Position numbers and translations under genes: made by a program
Shown here: positions 63,930 to 64,000 of the stretch, in pieces
Numbering within the stretch: position 1 is the stretch's first letter
How the letters are laid out: every line of letters starts with the position of its first letter
Assembly (NCBI GenBank): GCA_016285345.1
Contig: JAEEQN010000011.1
Location: 7,448 to 71,447, forward strand
Direction of reading: 5' to 3'
Source: Victivallales bacterium
Lineage (GTDB): Bacteria > Verrucomicrobiota > Lentisphaeria > Victivallales > UBA1829
Length of the DNA stretch: 64,000 nt
The notes under the pieces: model-generated
Databases searched by the model: none
The model's input: the letters and a program-made list of their open reading frames with translations, nothing else
Told to the model about the DNA's origin: nothing

Positions 63930-64000
63930 TCATTTACCGCAGCATTTTTTGAATTTCTTGCCGGATCCGCAGGGACATGGATCGTTCGGACCGACCTTCT
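63930..64000 (-). CDS. secA: C-terminal SEC-C motif, most likely the 3' end of secA (5' part outside the window)
   Basis: The reverse strand reads ...KVGPNDPCPCGSGKKFKKCCGK*, the zinc-binding SecA C-terminal motif. Other SEC-C-domain proteins cannot be excluded. Confidence 0.55.
   Translation of the reverse strand, partial: KVGPNDPCPCGSGKKFKKCCGK

Noticed and set aside
1-64000. rRNA, tRNA, tmRNA, RNase P, IS elements, integrons, reverse transcriptases (retron/DGR)
   Set aside because: I scanned the intergenic spacers and ORF translations. I found no cloverleaf-like or rRNA-like sequence, no transposase, integrase or RT motifs (e.g. YxDD), and no terminal inverted repeats bounding the AT-rich islets.

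Overview
High-GC bacterial chromosomal segment. It is probably from a diderm, and the pseudopilin-domain protein and the many zinc-ribbon-headed membrane proteins suggest a PVC-group/Lentisphaerota-like organism; that taxon guess is inference only. I call about 60 densely packed protein-coding genes, many joined by ATGA/TGATG start-stop overlaps. I recognised no rRNA, tRNA, CRISPR array, integrase or transposase. All product calls come from motif recognition by eye, with no database search.

Core housekeeping content:
- Cell shape and division: mreC-mreD, ftsW-murG.
- Central metabolism: transketolase, class II fructose-bisphosphate aldolase, a PfkB-family kinase.
- A tightly coupled operon: DEAD-box helicase, TrmH-like methyltransferase, NAD kinase, stand-alone CoaB, SAM methyltransferase.
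- DNA repair and replication: xseB-mutS, RNase HIII, a Cas4-like nuclease followed by uvrB.
- Transport, envelope and signalling: TRAP dctPQM, SppA, Cof phosphatase, MFS transporter, PlsY-GpsA fusion, M24 aminopeptidase, Ser/Thr kinase, PP2C phosphatase, TrmL, and a SEC-C tail that is probably the secA 3' end.

Non-core content sits in small, visibly AT-rich islets:
- An EptA/MCR-like phosphoethanolamine transferase, flanked by a 46-bp double-palindrome tandem repeat and by a GspG-pseudopilin::dead-glutathione-peroxidase fusion.
- A duplicated 62-bp element carrying a perfect 16-bp-stem hairpin, in an otherwise unexplained ~400-bp spacer.
- A three-gene Mu-like virion/packaging remnant (gp27-like, DUF935 portal, small neck-like protein).
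- A DinJ-YafQ toxin-antitoxin islet.
- A 97-bp tandem array of 40-nt hairpins upstream of two paralogous membrane proteins.

Other oddities are a Zn-ribbon/CD225 x2 + DUF2752 cluster, an alpha/beta-hydrolase lacking its catalytic residues that is coupled to a MetF-MetV-like fusion, an XseB with an SSB-like acidic tail, and a 1225-aa aromatic-repeat lipoprotein.

I see no clear, complete novel multi-gene system. The hairpin arrays and the fusion or pseudo-enzyme genes are the best leads.
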